A DNA stretch of 64,000 bases from Candidatus Poribacteria bacterium. Its GTDB lineage: Bacteria > Poribacteria > WGA-4E > WGA-3G. The notes beneath the pieces are model-generated. The model saw nothing but the letters and a program-made list of their open reading frames with translations. It did not search any database and was not told where the DNA came from. Position 1 is the first letter of the stretch, and every line of letters starts with the position of its first letter. Of this stretch, positions 54,365 through 64,000 are shown piece after piece. The translations under genes were made by a program, and so were the position numbers. The DNA lies in assembly GCA_965215265.1 (NCBI GenBank), contig OZ244048.1:2560001-2624000 (forward strand), written 5' to 3'.

Positions 54365-55468
54365 TTACCAATCGATCACAGCGCCGTCGTCTGGGTGGAA
54401 CGTCATCGCGTTTCGCCAATCGTGGTCGATTTTATCTTCAAGTGCGTCTTCGTCCAGTTCAATACCTAATCCTGGCCCGGTGGGTAATTCTACGAACCCG
54501 TCTTTGAAGACAAACGGATTCTTGAGATAGCCCTCACCGAGCGTGGTATGCTCCTGCATTAAAAAGTTTGGGATCGACGCATCTACCTGTATGCATGCGG
54601 CTAACGAAATAGGGCCGAGCGGGTTGTGCGGTGCGATGCCGCCGTAATAGGCTTCTGCCATGCCTGCAATGATGCGTACTTCGTTAATGCCGCCTGCATG
54701 ACACAGATCTGGTTGGAGTATGCTAGCGGCTTGCTTCTCCAAAATCTCGCGGAATCCCCACTTCGTGAAGATGCGCTCGCCTGTAGCGATAGGTAGATGC
54801 GTGCTGCGTGCGATCTCTGCCATGACATCTACATTTTGGCACTGAATTGGTTCTTCTATAAACATCGGTTGGTACGGTTCTAAGGCTTTGATGAGCAGTT
54901 TTGCTGTTTGCGGGCTAATTGCGCCGTGAAAGTCAATCGCCAGATCGACTTCTGGTCCGGCTGCTTCGCGTAATTCGGCGAAATGGTTGACTGCCTGATC
55001 GACGAACGCCTTATTTTCAATGATGCGTGCGGGGCGTCCGCCTGCAACGCCGGTTTTAAATGCCGTAAACCCTTTGTCAATCCACTCCCGAATGCTGTGC
55101 GGATCCCCGCCCCCTTTATAGAGCCGTATGCGTTCTCGGGTGGGTCCTCCGAAAAGTTGATAGACAGGTACTCCGAGGGATTTTCCTGCGAGATCCCAGA
55201 GTGCTTGCTCTACGCCGCTTAAGGCGCTTGTGAGAATGGGTCCTCCACGGTAAAAGGCATGCCGGTACATCGCCTGCCAATGGTGTACAACGCGTGTCGG
55301 GTCTTGGCCAATGAGGTAAGGTGCGAGTTCATCAACTGCTTGTGCGCAGGTCTTCGCGCGGCCTTCCAGAATCGGTTCACCGAGCCCAACGAGGCCTTCG
55401 TCTGTATGGATTTTAAGAAAGAGCCAGCGCGGTTGAACCAGAAAAGTTTCTAATTTCGTAATCTTCAT
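54365..55468 (-). CDS. dgoD: Galactonate dehydratase (enolase superfamily)
   Basis: 'MKITKLETFLVQPRWLFLKIHTDEG', 'FYRGGPILTSALSG', 'IDFHG', 'ATGER', 'APHNPLGP', 'DGAVIDW'. Confidence 0.85.
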   Translation of the reverse strand: MKITKLETFLVQPRWLFLKIHTDEGLVGLGEPILEGRAKTCAQAVDELAPYLIGQDPTRVVHHWQAMYRHAFYRGGPILTSALSGVEQALWDLAGKSLGVPVYQLFGGPTRERIRLYKGGGDPHSIREWIDKGFTAFKTGVAGGRPARIIENKAFVDQAVNHFAELREAAGPEVDLAIDFHGAISPQTAKLLIKALEPYQPMFIEEPIQCQNVDVMAEIARSTHLPIATGERIFTKWGFREILEKQAASILQPDLCHAGGINEVRIIAGMAEAYYGGIAPHNPLGPISLAACIQVDASIPNFLMQEHTTLGEGYLKNPFVFKDGFVELPTGPGLGIELDEDALEDKIDHDWRNAMTFHPDDGAVIDW

Positions 55469-55646
55469 GGGGTGCCTCGATCCGAACTATCTATGGTATG
55501 ATTTTTCGCCATGTTACCATTTCTCCCAATTTTTTCCAACGTATTTGCTTATAAAGTGTGAATAGATAAACCGGCATGAATAGAATAAATTAGGGCGGTG
55601 CAGCAGCACCACCCCAAATTCATAGTTTGTCCGAGTGTATGCGGAG

Positions 55647-56423
55647 TTATTTGCCCATTGCCTTCAGTGCCGTCAAGCAGCGTTCTACAGCTTCCAAGGG
55701 CGGGAATGCATCACTTTCGTATTCAACGATATACCACTTTGTCCCGGCGGTGGTTTCGCAAATCCGGAAGATGTCTTCCCATGGCACGCTGTCCTCGCCA
55801 ATAATTGGACGGAATCCGGCGTGCCGGTCGGTTTCACCTGCAGCTTCGGTATATGGCTTGAGATGTACGGTTCCTGCCCGTCTGGGGTATCTCTCCAAGA
55901 TTCCGACTAAATCGGCACCGCCGGAGAGCGCGTTGCCCATATCCAATTGCATGACGATGCCTTCGTTGGTATTCCCGAAAAATGTATCCCACGGCTGTTC
56001 GCCATCCAGCGGTGAGAACTCAACGTGATGGTTGTGATATCCTGTCACCATGTCGTGTACTGCCAGTTTATCAGCGAGTTCATTGAAGAAGTCGGCTAAT
56101 TTCAGCCAATCTGCCCGCGATTGGCGAAGTTCTCCTGGGATTCCGGGAATGATGACGTAAGGGTTCTCTAACACCTTATTGAATTCGATCGTTCCTGCAA
56201 GTGTGTCGGCTTGGACAAGGTTGAAGGGGGTATGCCAACCACAACAAATTAGGCCGAATTCGTCCAACAACGTTTTTAATTCTTGTGCGGTATGTTGGGG
56301 CGGTCCGGCGAATTCAACGCCTTCGTACCCCATTTCCGCGACAGCTTTAAGCGTGCCGCGCACATCCTCTGCTAATTCATTCCGAACAGAAAATAACTCT
56401 AAACCGATCGGTATTCTTGCCAT
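55647..56423 (-). CDS. Sugar phosphate isomerase/epimerase (TIM barrel)
   Basis: 'GLELFSVR', 'GYEGVEFAG', 'GYHNHHVEF', 'VHLK', 'IVEYE'. Start at ATG 56423 behind AAAGGA. Confidence 0.9.
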   Translation of the reverse strand: MARIPIGLELFSVRNELAEDVRGTLKAVAEMGYEGVEFAGPPQHTAQELKTLLDEFGLICCGWHTPFNLVQADTLAGTIEFNKVLENPYVIIPGIPGELRQSRADWLKLADFFNELADKLAVHDMVTGYHNHHVEFSPLDGEQPWDTFFGNTNEGIVMQLDMGNALSGGADLVGILERYPRRAGTVHLKPYTEAAGETDRHAGFRPIIGEDSVPWEDIFRICETTAGTKWYIVEYESDAFPPLEAVERCLTALKAMGK

Positions 56424-56725
56424 ATTGTTTCCTTTCGTGTTATGTATAATGCCTTTTGGAAATAGCAAAGACGCTCTGCCTTTGTCTGAAATGTATTCTA
56501 TCATTATTATGCGGATACGTCAAGTAGCAATATGAATTGGTAAAAAAAATAGATAAAAAGTGAGAAATTTTCAACCAATACAGTATATAATTAAGCCGTT
56601 TTTGCACATGAGTACTGTAGATGACACGAAAATATCGACAAAATTCAATAGATGATAATTTTTCTTGCAATTGTAACAAATCTGTGTTAAAATTTGATTT
56701 TCACGAATGGAAGCAGGGGGAAAAA

Positions 56726-57982
56726 ATGAATAGATTATTAACCGAGGTAGATGCGGAAATCGTTAAGATTGCCGAGAAAGACCTCACACGTCAGCAGAAC
56801 ACGTTGATGTTAATTCCATCAGAAAATTACGTCAGCCGGGCTGTCATGGAAATTCAAGGCAGCATTCTGGGCAATAAATACGCTGAAGGTTACCCTGGGG
56901 AACGCTACTATAACGGCTGTGAGTTTATGGATGAGGTAGAATCCTTGGCAATTGAACGTGCAAAGACGCTTTTCAACGTCGAACACGTCAATGTGCAACC
57001 GCATGCCGGCACACAAGCGAACATGGCAGCTTACTATGCTTTACTCGAGCCCGGCGATACCATCCTTGCAATGTCCCTTGGACATGGTGGGCATCTCAGC
57101 CATGGCGATGCAGTCAATTTCTCGGGACGGTATTACAACGTCGTGACATACGGGGTTGATGCTGAGAGCGAGCAGATTGATCTGGACGAAGTCTCGCGAC
57201 TCGCGCAGCAGCATCGGCCCAAGTTAATTGTTGTCGGGGCGACGGCATACCCACGTCAATTTGATTTCGAAACCTGGCGACGTATAGCAGATTCTGTGGA
57301 TGCGTATCTACTAGCAGACATTGCACATATCGCGGGGCTTATTGCCGGCGATGCTCATCCGGACCCGGCACCTTATAGCGATGTGATTACGACGACCACG
57401 CATAAGACATTACGCGGCCCACGCGGTGCCATCGTGATGTGCAAGGCGGAGCATGCAGCAAAAATAGACCGTGCTGTATTCCCGGGTTTGCAAGGCGGGC
57501 CCTTTCTCCATACCATCGCTGCAAAAGCCGTTGCATTTAAGGAAGCGAGCGAGCCGGCTTTCAAAACCTATCAAGCGCAGATTGTGAAAAATGCCAAAGC
57601 ACTCGCCGCGCGCCTAACAGATAACGGCTTCCGTCTCGTCAGCGGGGGCACAGAAAATCATCTGATGCTCGTTGATTTGACGACCAAATATGATAAGCTC
57701 AGCGGACGACAAGCCGCAGATCATCTCGAAGATGCGGGAATTATTGTGAATAAAAACAGCATTCCTTACGACAAAAGGAAACCGAGGACAACGAGCGGCA
57801 TCCGGCTCGGAACACCGATGGTTACGACACGGGGCATGACGGAACCGGAGATGTACCAGATTGCCGATTTTATCGCAGAGACGCTTGAAAACAGGCGAAA
57901 GGCATCCATTAAACGCCACATTCGTGCAAAAGTCGCCGAATTGTGTGCCCAATTTCCCATCTACGAATATCTGTCTGCATAA
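56726..57982 (+). CDS. glyA: Serine hydroxymethyltransferase
   Basis: 'LIPSENY', 'NKYAEGYPG', 'GGHLSHG', '[13 protein letters not shown]', 'QGGP', 'SGIRLGT'. Confidence 0.98.
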   Translation: MNRLLTEVDAEIVKIAEKDLTRQQNTLMLIPSENYVSRAVMEIQGSILGNKYAEGYPGERYYNGCEFMDEVESLAIERAKTLFNVEHVNVQPHAGTQANMAAYYALLEPGDTILAMSLGHGGHLSHGDAVNFSGRYYNVVTYGVDAESEQIDLDEVSRLAQQHRPKLIVVGATAYPRQFDFETWRRIADSVDAYLLADIAHIAGLIAGDAHPDPAPYSDVITTTTHKTLRGPRGAIVMCKAEHAAKIDRAVFPGLQGGPFLHTIAAKAVAFKEASEPAFKTYQAQIVKNAKALAARLTDNGFRLVSGGTENHLMLVDLTTKYDKLSGRQAADHLEDAGIIVNKNSIPYDKRKPRTTSGIRLGTPMVTTRGMTEPEMYQIADFIAETLENRRKASIKRHIRAKVAELCAQFPIYEYLSA

Positions 57983-59457
57983 TGGATTACGAAGCAGCCA
58001 TTGCTTATATCACCCAATTTATTGATTACGAGAGAAGTCCGGATTTTTCGCGTCAGGCGCGCCGGTATAACCTAAACCGCATCGTGTCTCTATTGGACCT
58101 GCTTGGAAATCCGCAGGCGCAGCTGCGCGTAGTGCACATCGCAGGTAGCAAAGGGAAAGGCTCAACGGCAGCACTCATTGCATCAATCTTACGCTGCGCG
58201 GGCTATAAAACGGGGTTGTTTACATCGCCGCATCTCATCTCCCCGAGAGAGCGTTGCCGTATTGATGAGGAACTCATCTCCAAAGCGGATATCGCGCGGT
58301 ATATTGAGAAGCTCAAACCTGCAATAGACACCGTCTCTGGTTCAGAATGGGGGAGGGTCTCGTTTTTTGAAATTTACACGGCCATGGCTTTCTGCTACTT
58401 TGCAGATGAAGGCACAGATTTCGCTGTTATTGAGGTTGGTTTAGGCGGAAGGCTTGACGCAACGAATGTCGTCAAACCGGCGGTAACCGTTATCACCCCA
58501 ATTAGTTTGGAACACACGGCGATACTCGGTAAAACGTATCCAGAAATAGCAGCAGAAAAGGCAGAAATCATAAAAACAGGATGTCCACTCGCCTTAGCAC
58601 CACAGCCAGCAGAAGCCGAAGCAGTTTTTGTGAAACGTGCAACTGAACGCAACGCGCCAATTGTCCGTGCTGGCACTATTCGGAATCACAACGTCTTAAT
58701 TGGAGTGCGTCAACAGAAAGATAGAGACATCGATCCCAATGCTTTAGAAAACCGCGGAGGCGCATCTGCGTCCGATCATCCAGGACAACGCTTTAGTCTA
58801 AAAACGGAATCGGATAACTATCCGGCACTCTTCATTCCACTTCTGGGGGAGTATCAACTCGTCAACGCTGCAACTGCCATTGCAGGGATTGAGTGCCTTA
58901 AACAGATAGGATACGCTGTACCACGAGAAAGCATCTATCACGGAATAGCAGAGGTGAAATGGCCGGGGCGGATGCAAGTCATCTCTATATCTTGGGGTAA
59001 CGAGGAACAAGATAATGCACGCCAGCAAAGAGACACGCCGCGGTTTTTGCTGGATGGTGCACATTCACCAGAATCAGTAGGGCTTTTATGCGAACAGATA
59101 CGTAGGAATTTCCGTTACAACCGGCTGATTTTTATCGTGAGTCTTATGCAGGATAAAGCAATTCGCGAAATTGGTGCGATAATTGGCCAAAACGCGGACA
59201 TCGTTATCGTCACGGAAGTGTCTGATAATCCGCGTGTGATGTCCGCATCTCGATTAAAAGAAGTATGGAGTGAACTGTGTGAAGAAATCTGGGTTTGCCT
59301 ACCGCCGCAGGTGGCGCTGACAACTGCATTGTCAGCCGCCTCATCAGGAGATTTAATCTGTGTGACAGGCTCACTTTATCTCGTGGGCGAATGTCTGGAT
59401 TTTATGGACAAACGTAAAGCAGAAAAACAAAAGAAGGATAAAAAATTTAATGTATGA
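57982..59457 (+). CDS. folC: Bifunctional folylpolyglutamate synthase / dihydrofolate synthase
   Basis: '[10 protein letters not shown]', 'FTSPHL', '[12 protein letters not shown]', 'WPGR', 'LDGAH', 'TGSLYLVG'. TAATG overlap with glyA. Confidence 0.96.
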   Translation: MDYEAAIAYITQFIDYERSPDFSRQARRYNLNRIVSLLDLLGNPQAQLRVVHIAGSKGKGSTAALIASILRCAGYKTGLFTSPHLISPRERCRIDEELISKADIARYIEKLKPAIDTVSGSEWGRVSFFEIYTAMAFCYFADEGTDFAVIEVGLGGRLDATNVVKPAVTVITPISLEHTAILGKTYPEIAAEKAEIIKTGCPLALAPQPAEAEAVFVKRATERNAPIVRAGTIRNHNVLIGVRQQKDRDIDPNALENRGGASASDHPGQRFSLKTESDNYPALFIPLLGEYQLVNAATAIAGIECLKQIGYAVPRESIYHGIAEVKWPGRMQVISISWGNEEQDNARQQRDTPRFLLDGAHSPESVGLLCEQIRRNFRYNRLIFIVSLMQDKAIREIGAIIGQNADIVIVTEVSDNPRVMSASRLKEVWSELCEEIWVCLPPQVALTTALSAASSGDLICVTGSLYLVGECLDFMDKRKAEKQKKDKKFNV

Positions 59458-61837
59458 AATCAATGCGAATGCCTGCTACGGGCAGGCAAGAATAAATTCT
59501 AATTGTTTAAAAGGTCGGAAGTATCTACTGAAAGTAGTTCTAACACTGTTACTCTCTATTGGCCCGGTTGATTTCGTTTTAGCCCAAACAACAGAACTCC
59601 CGTCCGTGCCGGCAGCATGGTGGATTGCGCCTATCGGTTCGCTTATCGCTTTAGGATTTGCGTTCTACTTTTACCGTGCAGTCATGAAGCAGGATGAAGG
59701 AAATGACACGATGCGCGATATCGCACAATCTGTGCGAGAAGGCGCGATGGCATATCTGAAACAACAATATAAGATAGTGGGCATCGTTTTCATTGTCCTT
59801 TGCCTTATCTTTCTCTTTATGGCATTTGTTTTGAAAGCACAAAACCAGGTCGTCCCGTTTGCGTTTCTTACCGGCGGATTCTTCTCTGGACTCTGCGGTT
59901 TCCTGGGAATGAAAACGGCGACGAACGCCTCAGCACGCACCACGAGCGCAGCTATGCAAGGACTGAACGCAGGTCTGAAGGTATCCTTCCGTGCAGGCGC
60001 TGTAATGGGGCTCATAGTCGTCGGATTTGCCCTCCTTGATATCACCGGGTGGTTTTTGATTCTCTACTATCTATTCCCAAAACTCTTCCCTGGATTTTTA
60101 GCGACGAATCCATTGCCGGAGATTACGGTGATTATGTTGAGTTTCGGGATGGGTGCCTCAACGCAGGCACTCTTTGCACGCGTTGGTGGGGGAATTTATA
60201 CGAAGGCAGCTGATGTCGGCGCAGACCTCGTCGGGAAGGTTGAGGCTGAAATTCCAGAAGACGATCCGAGAAATCCAGCCGTCATCGCAGATAACGTCGG
60301 CGATAATGTCGGCGATGTCGCGGGTATGGGTGCAGATTTATACGAATCTTATGCAGGTTCTATTCTTGCAACCGCAGCGCTCGGTGTCGCTGCAGCTGCC
60401 TCGCGGGAACATGATAACCTGGCTCTCCAACTCCAGTATCTCTCTGCCCCGATGATTATTGCCGGTATTGGTGTACTGCTCTCAATTCTCGGAATTTATA
60501 TGGTGCGTACCAAAGAGGGTGCCTCCATGAAGCAGCTAATGGGTTCACTTAACTTCGGGATTAATGGGAGTGCTCTCGGCATCGCGCTCCTATCCATTCC
60601 TGTCTTATTGTACCTCGATTTGCCCAACAAATGGCAGGTTTGGGGTGCTATTATCACAGGACTTGTAGCCGGATTAATTATCGGCAAGGTGACTGAGGTG
60701 TTTACTTCTCATGATTATGAGCCGACACGTACGATAGCAAAGCAAGCAAAGACAGGTCCAGCTACAGTGATTATCGAAGGCATTGCAGTGGGAATGGAAT
60801 CGACAGCAATTCCGGTCTTAACGATTATCGCTGCAGTTGCAGTGAGTTACTACCTCCCCGGCGGTGCAAAGGAACCGCTGATGGGGCTATACGGTGTCGG
60901 AATTGCCGCGGTTGGTATGTTAGCAACCCTGGGCATTACACTGGCAACAGATGCTTATGGGCCCATTGCAGACAACGCAGGCGGAAACGCGGAAATGGCT
61001 GAATTAGATGAGAACGTCCGAAAACGCACAGATCAGCTTGACGCACTTGGAAACACAACGGCAGCAACCGGTAAAGGCTTCGCAATCGGATCCGCGGCAC
61101 TCACCGCGCTCGCACTTTTGGCTGCTTATCTAGAGGAAGTACGTTACGGATTAAAACATCTCGCCGGAATGGACACCTTGAGTATCCCAGGCGAAGGCAC
61201 GGTTGACACTGTGAAGGCAACAATTAGCCAATTTATGGTTTACTACGATGTCACGCTCATGAACCCACAAGTTCTCATCGGTCTGTTCATCGGTGCAGTG
61301 ATGGCATTCTATTTCTGCGCCTTGACAATGAAAGCAGTCGGACGCGCAGCCGGGGCGATGGTAGAGGAAGTTCGCCGCCAATTTCGCGAAAAACCCGGAA
61401 TTATGAAACGCGAAGAAAAGCCGGATTATGCACGTTGCGTTGAAATCTCAACCGCAGGCGCACAACGTGAAATGATCTTTCCATCACTCATCGCCATTGT
61501 TGTCCCTGTCGCAGTCGGATTAATTTTCAACGTCGCAGGCGTGCTCGGCCTGCTCGCCGGTGGACTTGCTACTGGGTTTGTTCTAGCTATCATGATGGCA
61601 AACGCCGGTGGCGCCTGGGACAATGCCAAGAAGTTTATTGAGCAAGGCGAACACGGTGGCAAAAAATCCGATGCCCACAAAGCCACCGTCGTTGGAGATA
61701 CCGTTGGAGATCCTTTCAAAGATACCTCAGGTCCTTCGCTTAACATTCTGATTAAACTGATGTCCATGGTCTCGGTTGTATTTGCTGGCCTCATTGCAAA
61801 ATATGGCGGCCTGATGAGCAATTGGTTAGGCATGTAA
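59450..61837 (+). CDS. hppA: Membrane-bound K+-dependent cation-pumping pyrophosphatase
   Basis: '[20 protein letters not shown]', 'DNVGDNVGD', 'GNTTAA', '[10 protein letters not shown]'. Confidence 0.97.
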   Translation: MYEINANACYGQARINSNCLKGRKYLLKVVLTLLLSIGPVDFVLAQTTELPSVPAAWWIAPIGSLIALGFAFYFYRAVMKQDEGNDTMRDIAQSVREGAMAYLKQQYKIVGIVFIVLCLIFLFMAFVLKAQNQVVPFAFLTGGFFSGLCGFLGMKTATNASARTTSAAMQGLNAGLKVSFRAGAVMGLIVVGFALLDITGWFLILYYLFPKLFPGFLATNPLPEITVIMLSFGMGASTQALFARVGGGIYTKAADVGADLVGKVEAEIPEDDPRNPAVIADNVGDNVGDVAGMGADLYESYAGSILATAALGVAAAASREHDNLALQLQYLSAPMIIAGIGVLLSILGIYMVRTKEGASMKQLMGSLNFGINGSALGIALLSIPVLLYLDLPNKWQVWGAIITGLVAGLIIGKVTEVFTSHDYEPTRTIAKQAKTGPATVIIEGIAVGMESTAIPVLTIIAAVAVSYYLPGGAKEPLMGLYGVGIAAVGMLATLGITLATDAYGPIADNAGGNAEMAELDENVRKRTDQLDALGNTTAATGKGFAIGSAALTALALLAAYLEEVRYGLKHLAGMDTLSIPGEGTVDTVKATISQFMVYYDVTLMNPQVLIGLFIGAVMAFYFCALTMKAVGRAAGAMVEEVRRQFREKPGIMKREEKPDYARCVEISTAGAQREMIFPSLIAIVVPVAVGLIFNVAGVLGLLAGGLATGFVLAIMMANAGGAWDNAKKFIEQGEHGGKKSDAHKATVVGDTVGDPFKDTSGPSLNILIKLMSMVSVVFAGLIAKYGGLMSNWLGM

Positions 61838-61897
61838 GACTCCAGAATCCTTGGGCAGCAGCGACATTGTTGTACAGAATAGAACTGGAACACAACC

Positions 61898-62032
61898 ATG
61901 AAATCCATACACACCGTCATTCTACTTCTTGAAGGTGCCGCGTTTGTCGGGCCCGTCTATAAATTCAAGGTGTGTACACAGTTTGTGATGATTTACGGAG
62001 GTAGATATAGCGTGTTAAGGCGGTTGCTGTAG
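61898..62032 (+). other. Candidate ilvD leader peptide (MKSIHTVILLLEG..., 44 aa)
   Basis: Run of GTC ATT CTA CTT CTT (V-I-L-L-L) codons upstream of ilvD, followed by a hairpin. Confidence 0.4.
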
Positions 62033-62072
62033 ATTCAGAAAACAGATCTGTCCGGACCGCCTTTACGTTTTT
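62017..62072 (+). terminator. Hairpin with interrupted U-tract just upstream of ilvD
   Basis: AAGGCGGT...ACCGCCTT followed by TACGTTTTT. Confidence 0.45.
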
Positions 62073-62098
62073 GATGCAATTTGTAGGAGAATAGAAAC

Positions 62099-63778
62099 AT
62101 GTCAAATAAACTCAAACCGCGGAGTTACGCAATTACCGATGGGCCGGATCGTGCTGCTGCCCGGACTATGCTCATGTTCGGGGATGGCGGGCTGTCACCG
62201 GAAGACTTGGATAAACCGATTATCGGTGTTGCTAATACATGGATTGAAATTGGCCCGTGCAATTTCCATCTGAGATGCCTCGCAGCGAAAGTCAAAGAAG
62301 GCATCCGCGCAGCAGGCGGGACACCGCTTGAATTCAACACCGTCAGCATATCGGACGGAATTACAATGGGTACTGAAGGGATGAAAACCTCGCTCATTAG
62401 TCGCGAAATCATCGCCGATTCCATTGAACTGGTTTCTATCGGTAATATGTTTGATGCCGTGGTCGCGCTCTGTGGGTGTGACAAGACTGTCCCGGGCACC
62501 GTCATGGCTTTGGCCCGGTTGGATATTCCATCACTGACGCTTTACGGTGGTTCTATTATGCCGGGCAAATTCCAAGGGCGTGATGTTACTATCCAGGATG
62601 TCTTTGAAGCTGTCGGGCAGCACGCTGAAGGTACTATCACAGTTGAGGAGCTCGATGACTTGATTAGTAAAGGGTGTCCGGGTCCTGGGGCCTGTGGTGG
62701 GCAATTTACGGCAAATACAATGGCAACAGCCGTAGAGATGTTGGGCATCGCGCCGATGGGCAGTGGCAGCGTCCCCGCTGTCGAAGCCGATAAGGACGAG
62801 GTTGCTTATCGGACTGGGGAACTGATTATGGATATGCTGGCAGCTGACCGGCTGCCGAGTCAGATTATCACGCGCAAATCGCTTGAGAATGCAATCACAT
62901 CAGTTGCTGCGACTGGTGGCTCTACTAACGGCGTTTTACACCTACTCGCTATTGCACACGAAGCACAGATTCCGTTGACGCTTGAAGATTTCCAAAGGAT
63001 TAGCCAAAAAACCCCGGTATTAGCAGATCTGAAGCCCGGTGGGCAATTTGTCGCAACAGACCTTTATCATGCCGGCGGTATTCAGTTGCTCGCAAAACGT
63101 TTGGCAGAAGCAGGGTTACTCCATACCGACGAACTCACCGTTACCGGGAAAACCATTGGTGAAGAAGCAAGTCAAGCAGTAGAAACCCCAACCCAAAGGG
63201 TTGTGCTGCCCGTAGACGCACCGCTCAAACCGACCGGGGGGTTTGCCATACTCAGAGGCAATCTTGCCCCCGATGGCTGTGTTATCAAGTTAGCTGGACA
63301 GGATAAGAAACACCACCGTGGGCCGGTGAGACTATTTGAACGCGAAGAAGATACCTTCGCGGCGATTAAAGGTGGCAAAATCCAGCCGGGCGATGTTGTG
63401 GTTATCCGTTATGAAGGCCCCACTGGCGGCCCCGGCATGCGCGAGATGCTTGGTGTGACAGCTGCAATCGTGGGTGCAGGACTCAGTGAACATGTTGCAC
63501 TCTTAACCGATGGCAGATTCTCTGGTGCAACGCACGGTTTCATGATTTGCCATGTCGCCCCAGAAGCCGCTAAAGGGGGCCCTATCGCTATCCTTGAAGA
63601 AGGAGATATCGTCGTTATTGACGTACAGGACCGGCGGCTTGACATAGAACTTTCCGATGCCGACATTCAGACACGGCTTGAAAAGTGGAAACCACCTCAG
63701 CCTCGCTATACCCGCGGTGTCATGGCAAAGTACGCGAATTCTGTCGCTTCTGCATCCCAAGGGGCTGTCACAGCATAG
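62099..63778 (+). CDS. ilvD: Dihydroxy-acid dehydratase
   Basis: 'PCNFHL', 'SDGITMG', 'GCDKTVPG', '[12 protein letters not shown]', 'GGPGMREM', 'TDGRFSG'. Confidence 0.98.
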   Translation: MSNKLKPRSYAITDGPDRAAARTMLMFGDGGLSPEDLDKPIIGVANTWIEIGPCNFHLRCLAAKVKEGIRAAGGTPLEFNTVSISDGITMGTEGMKTSLISREIIADSIELVSIGNMFDAVVALCGCDKTVPGTVMALARLDIPSLTLYGGSIMPGKFQGRDVTIQDVFEAVGQHAEGTITVEELDDLISKGCPGPGACGGQFTANTMATAVEMLGIAPMGSGSVPAVEADKDEVAYRTGELIMDMLAADRLPSQIITRKSLENAITSVAATGGSTNGVLHLLAIAHEAQIPLTLEDFQRISQKTPVLADLKPGGQFVATDLYHAGGIQLLAKRLAEAGLLHTDELTVTGKTIGEEASQAVETPTQRVVLPVDAPLKPTGGFAILRGNLAPDGCVIKLAGQDKKHHRGPVRLFEREEDTFAAIKGGKIQPGDVVVIRYEGPTGGPGMREMLGVTAAIVGAGLSEHVALLTDGRFSGATHGFMICHVAPEAAKGGPIAILEEGDIVVIDVQDRRLDIELSDADIQTRLEKWKPPQPRYTRGVMAKYANSVASASQGAVTA

Positions 63779-63960
63779 CAGGCAACAATACGCACAGCAT
63801 CGGTGCTCATCTTTCTGCAAGTAGATTTGTCCCGGCGGTGTTCCTTGTACCTGCAACCGTCCATTCTAAAAAAGTTGACTTTAAATCTGTTTTTTGCTAA
63901 AATCCCTTGCAAAGATTAAAAGGAGTGAATCTAAACGCTCTTTATCAGGAGAAATGCCAG

Positions 63961-64000
63961 ATGAAAAAGATGTTATTCCATGCTGCCATCGTGTTAATTT
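63961..64000 (+). CDS. Start of a gene cut by the window end (signal-peptide-like MKKMLFHAAIVLI...)
   Basis: AGGAG RBS, then ATG AAA AAG and hydrophobic codons. Confidence 0.5.
   Translation, partial: MKKMLFHAAIVLI

Noticed and set aside
56430-56725. Glycine or ZTP riboswitch upstream of glyA, and the 35-aa N-terminal extension from 56621
   Set aside because: AT-rich divergent promoter region with no riboswitch motifs; ATG 56726 has an RBS and gives normal GlyA length.

Overview
Gene-dense bacterial chromosomal window, about 50% GC by eye. The gene content points to Candidatus Poribacteria or a close relative (inference): a PhyH dioxygenase, a LamG protein ending in 'GKLALTWGTLK', internalin-like LRR, cohesin and dockerin proteins with an 'NxPNPFNPETWIPY...ATRKM(L/V)IxK' C-terminus, and several Gfo/Idh/MocA and TIM-barrel sugar isomerases. 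Housekeeping genes are holA, hisZ-hisG-hisS, glyA-folC-hppA and ilvD. Highlights: (1) a 13-15 kb minus-strand cluster combining a 2456-aa FtsX-type permease with a catalytically degenerate M28-peptidase/LysM ectodomain, a small 2-TM protein, an OPT-like transporter, an unknown protein, a stand-alone PqqD/RRE protein and an ABC ATPase; (2) adjacent secreted genes encoding cohesin+Spondin_N and Reeler+dockerin, i.e. the two N-terminal domains of animal F-spondin split over two proteins that could dock together; (3) candidate His and Ile/Leu/Val leader-peptide attenuators absent from the ORF track; (4) a dispersed ~80-bp repeat family forming inverted pairs (MITE-like); (5) a single-chain type IIG-like restriction-modification gene and an orphan remnant of a C-terminal-domain gene. 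No tRNA, rRNA, CRISPR array or transposase was seen. All domain calls are by-eye motif recognition; no database search was run.
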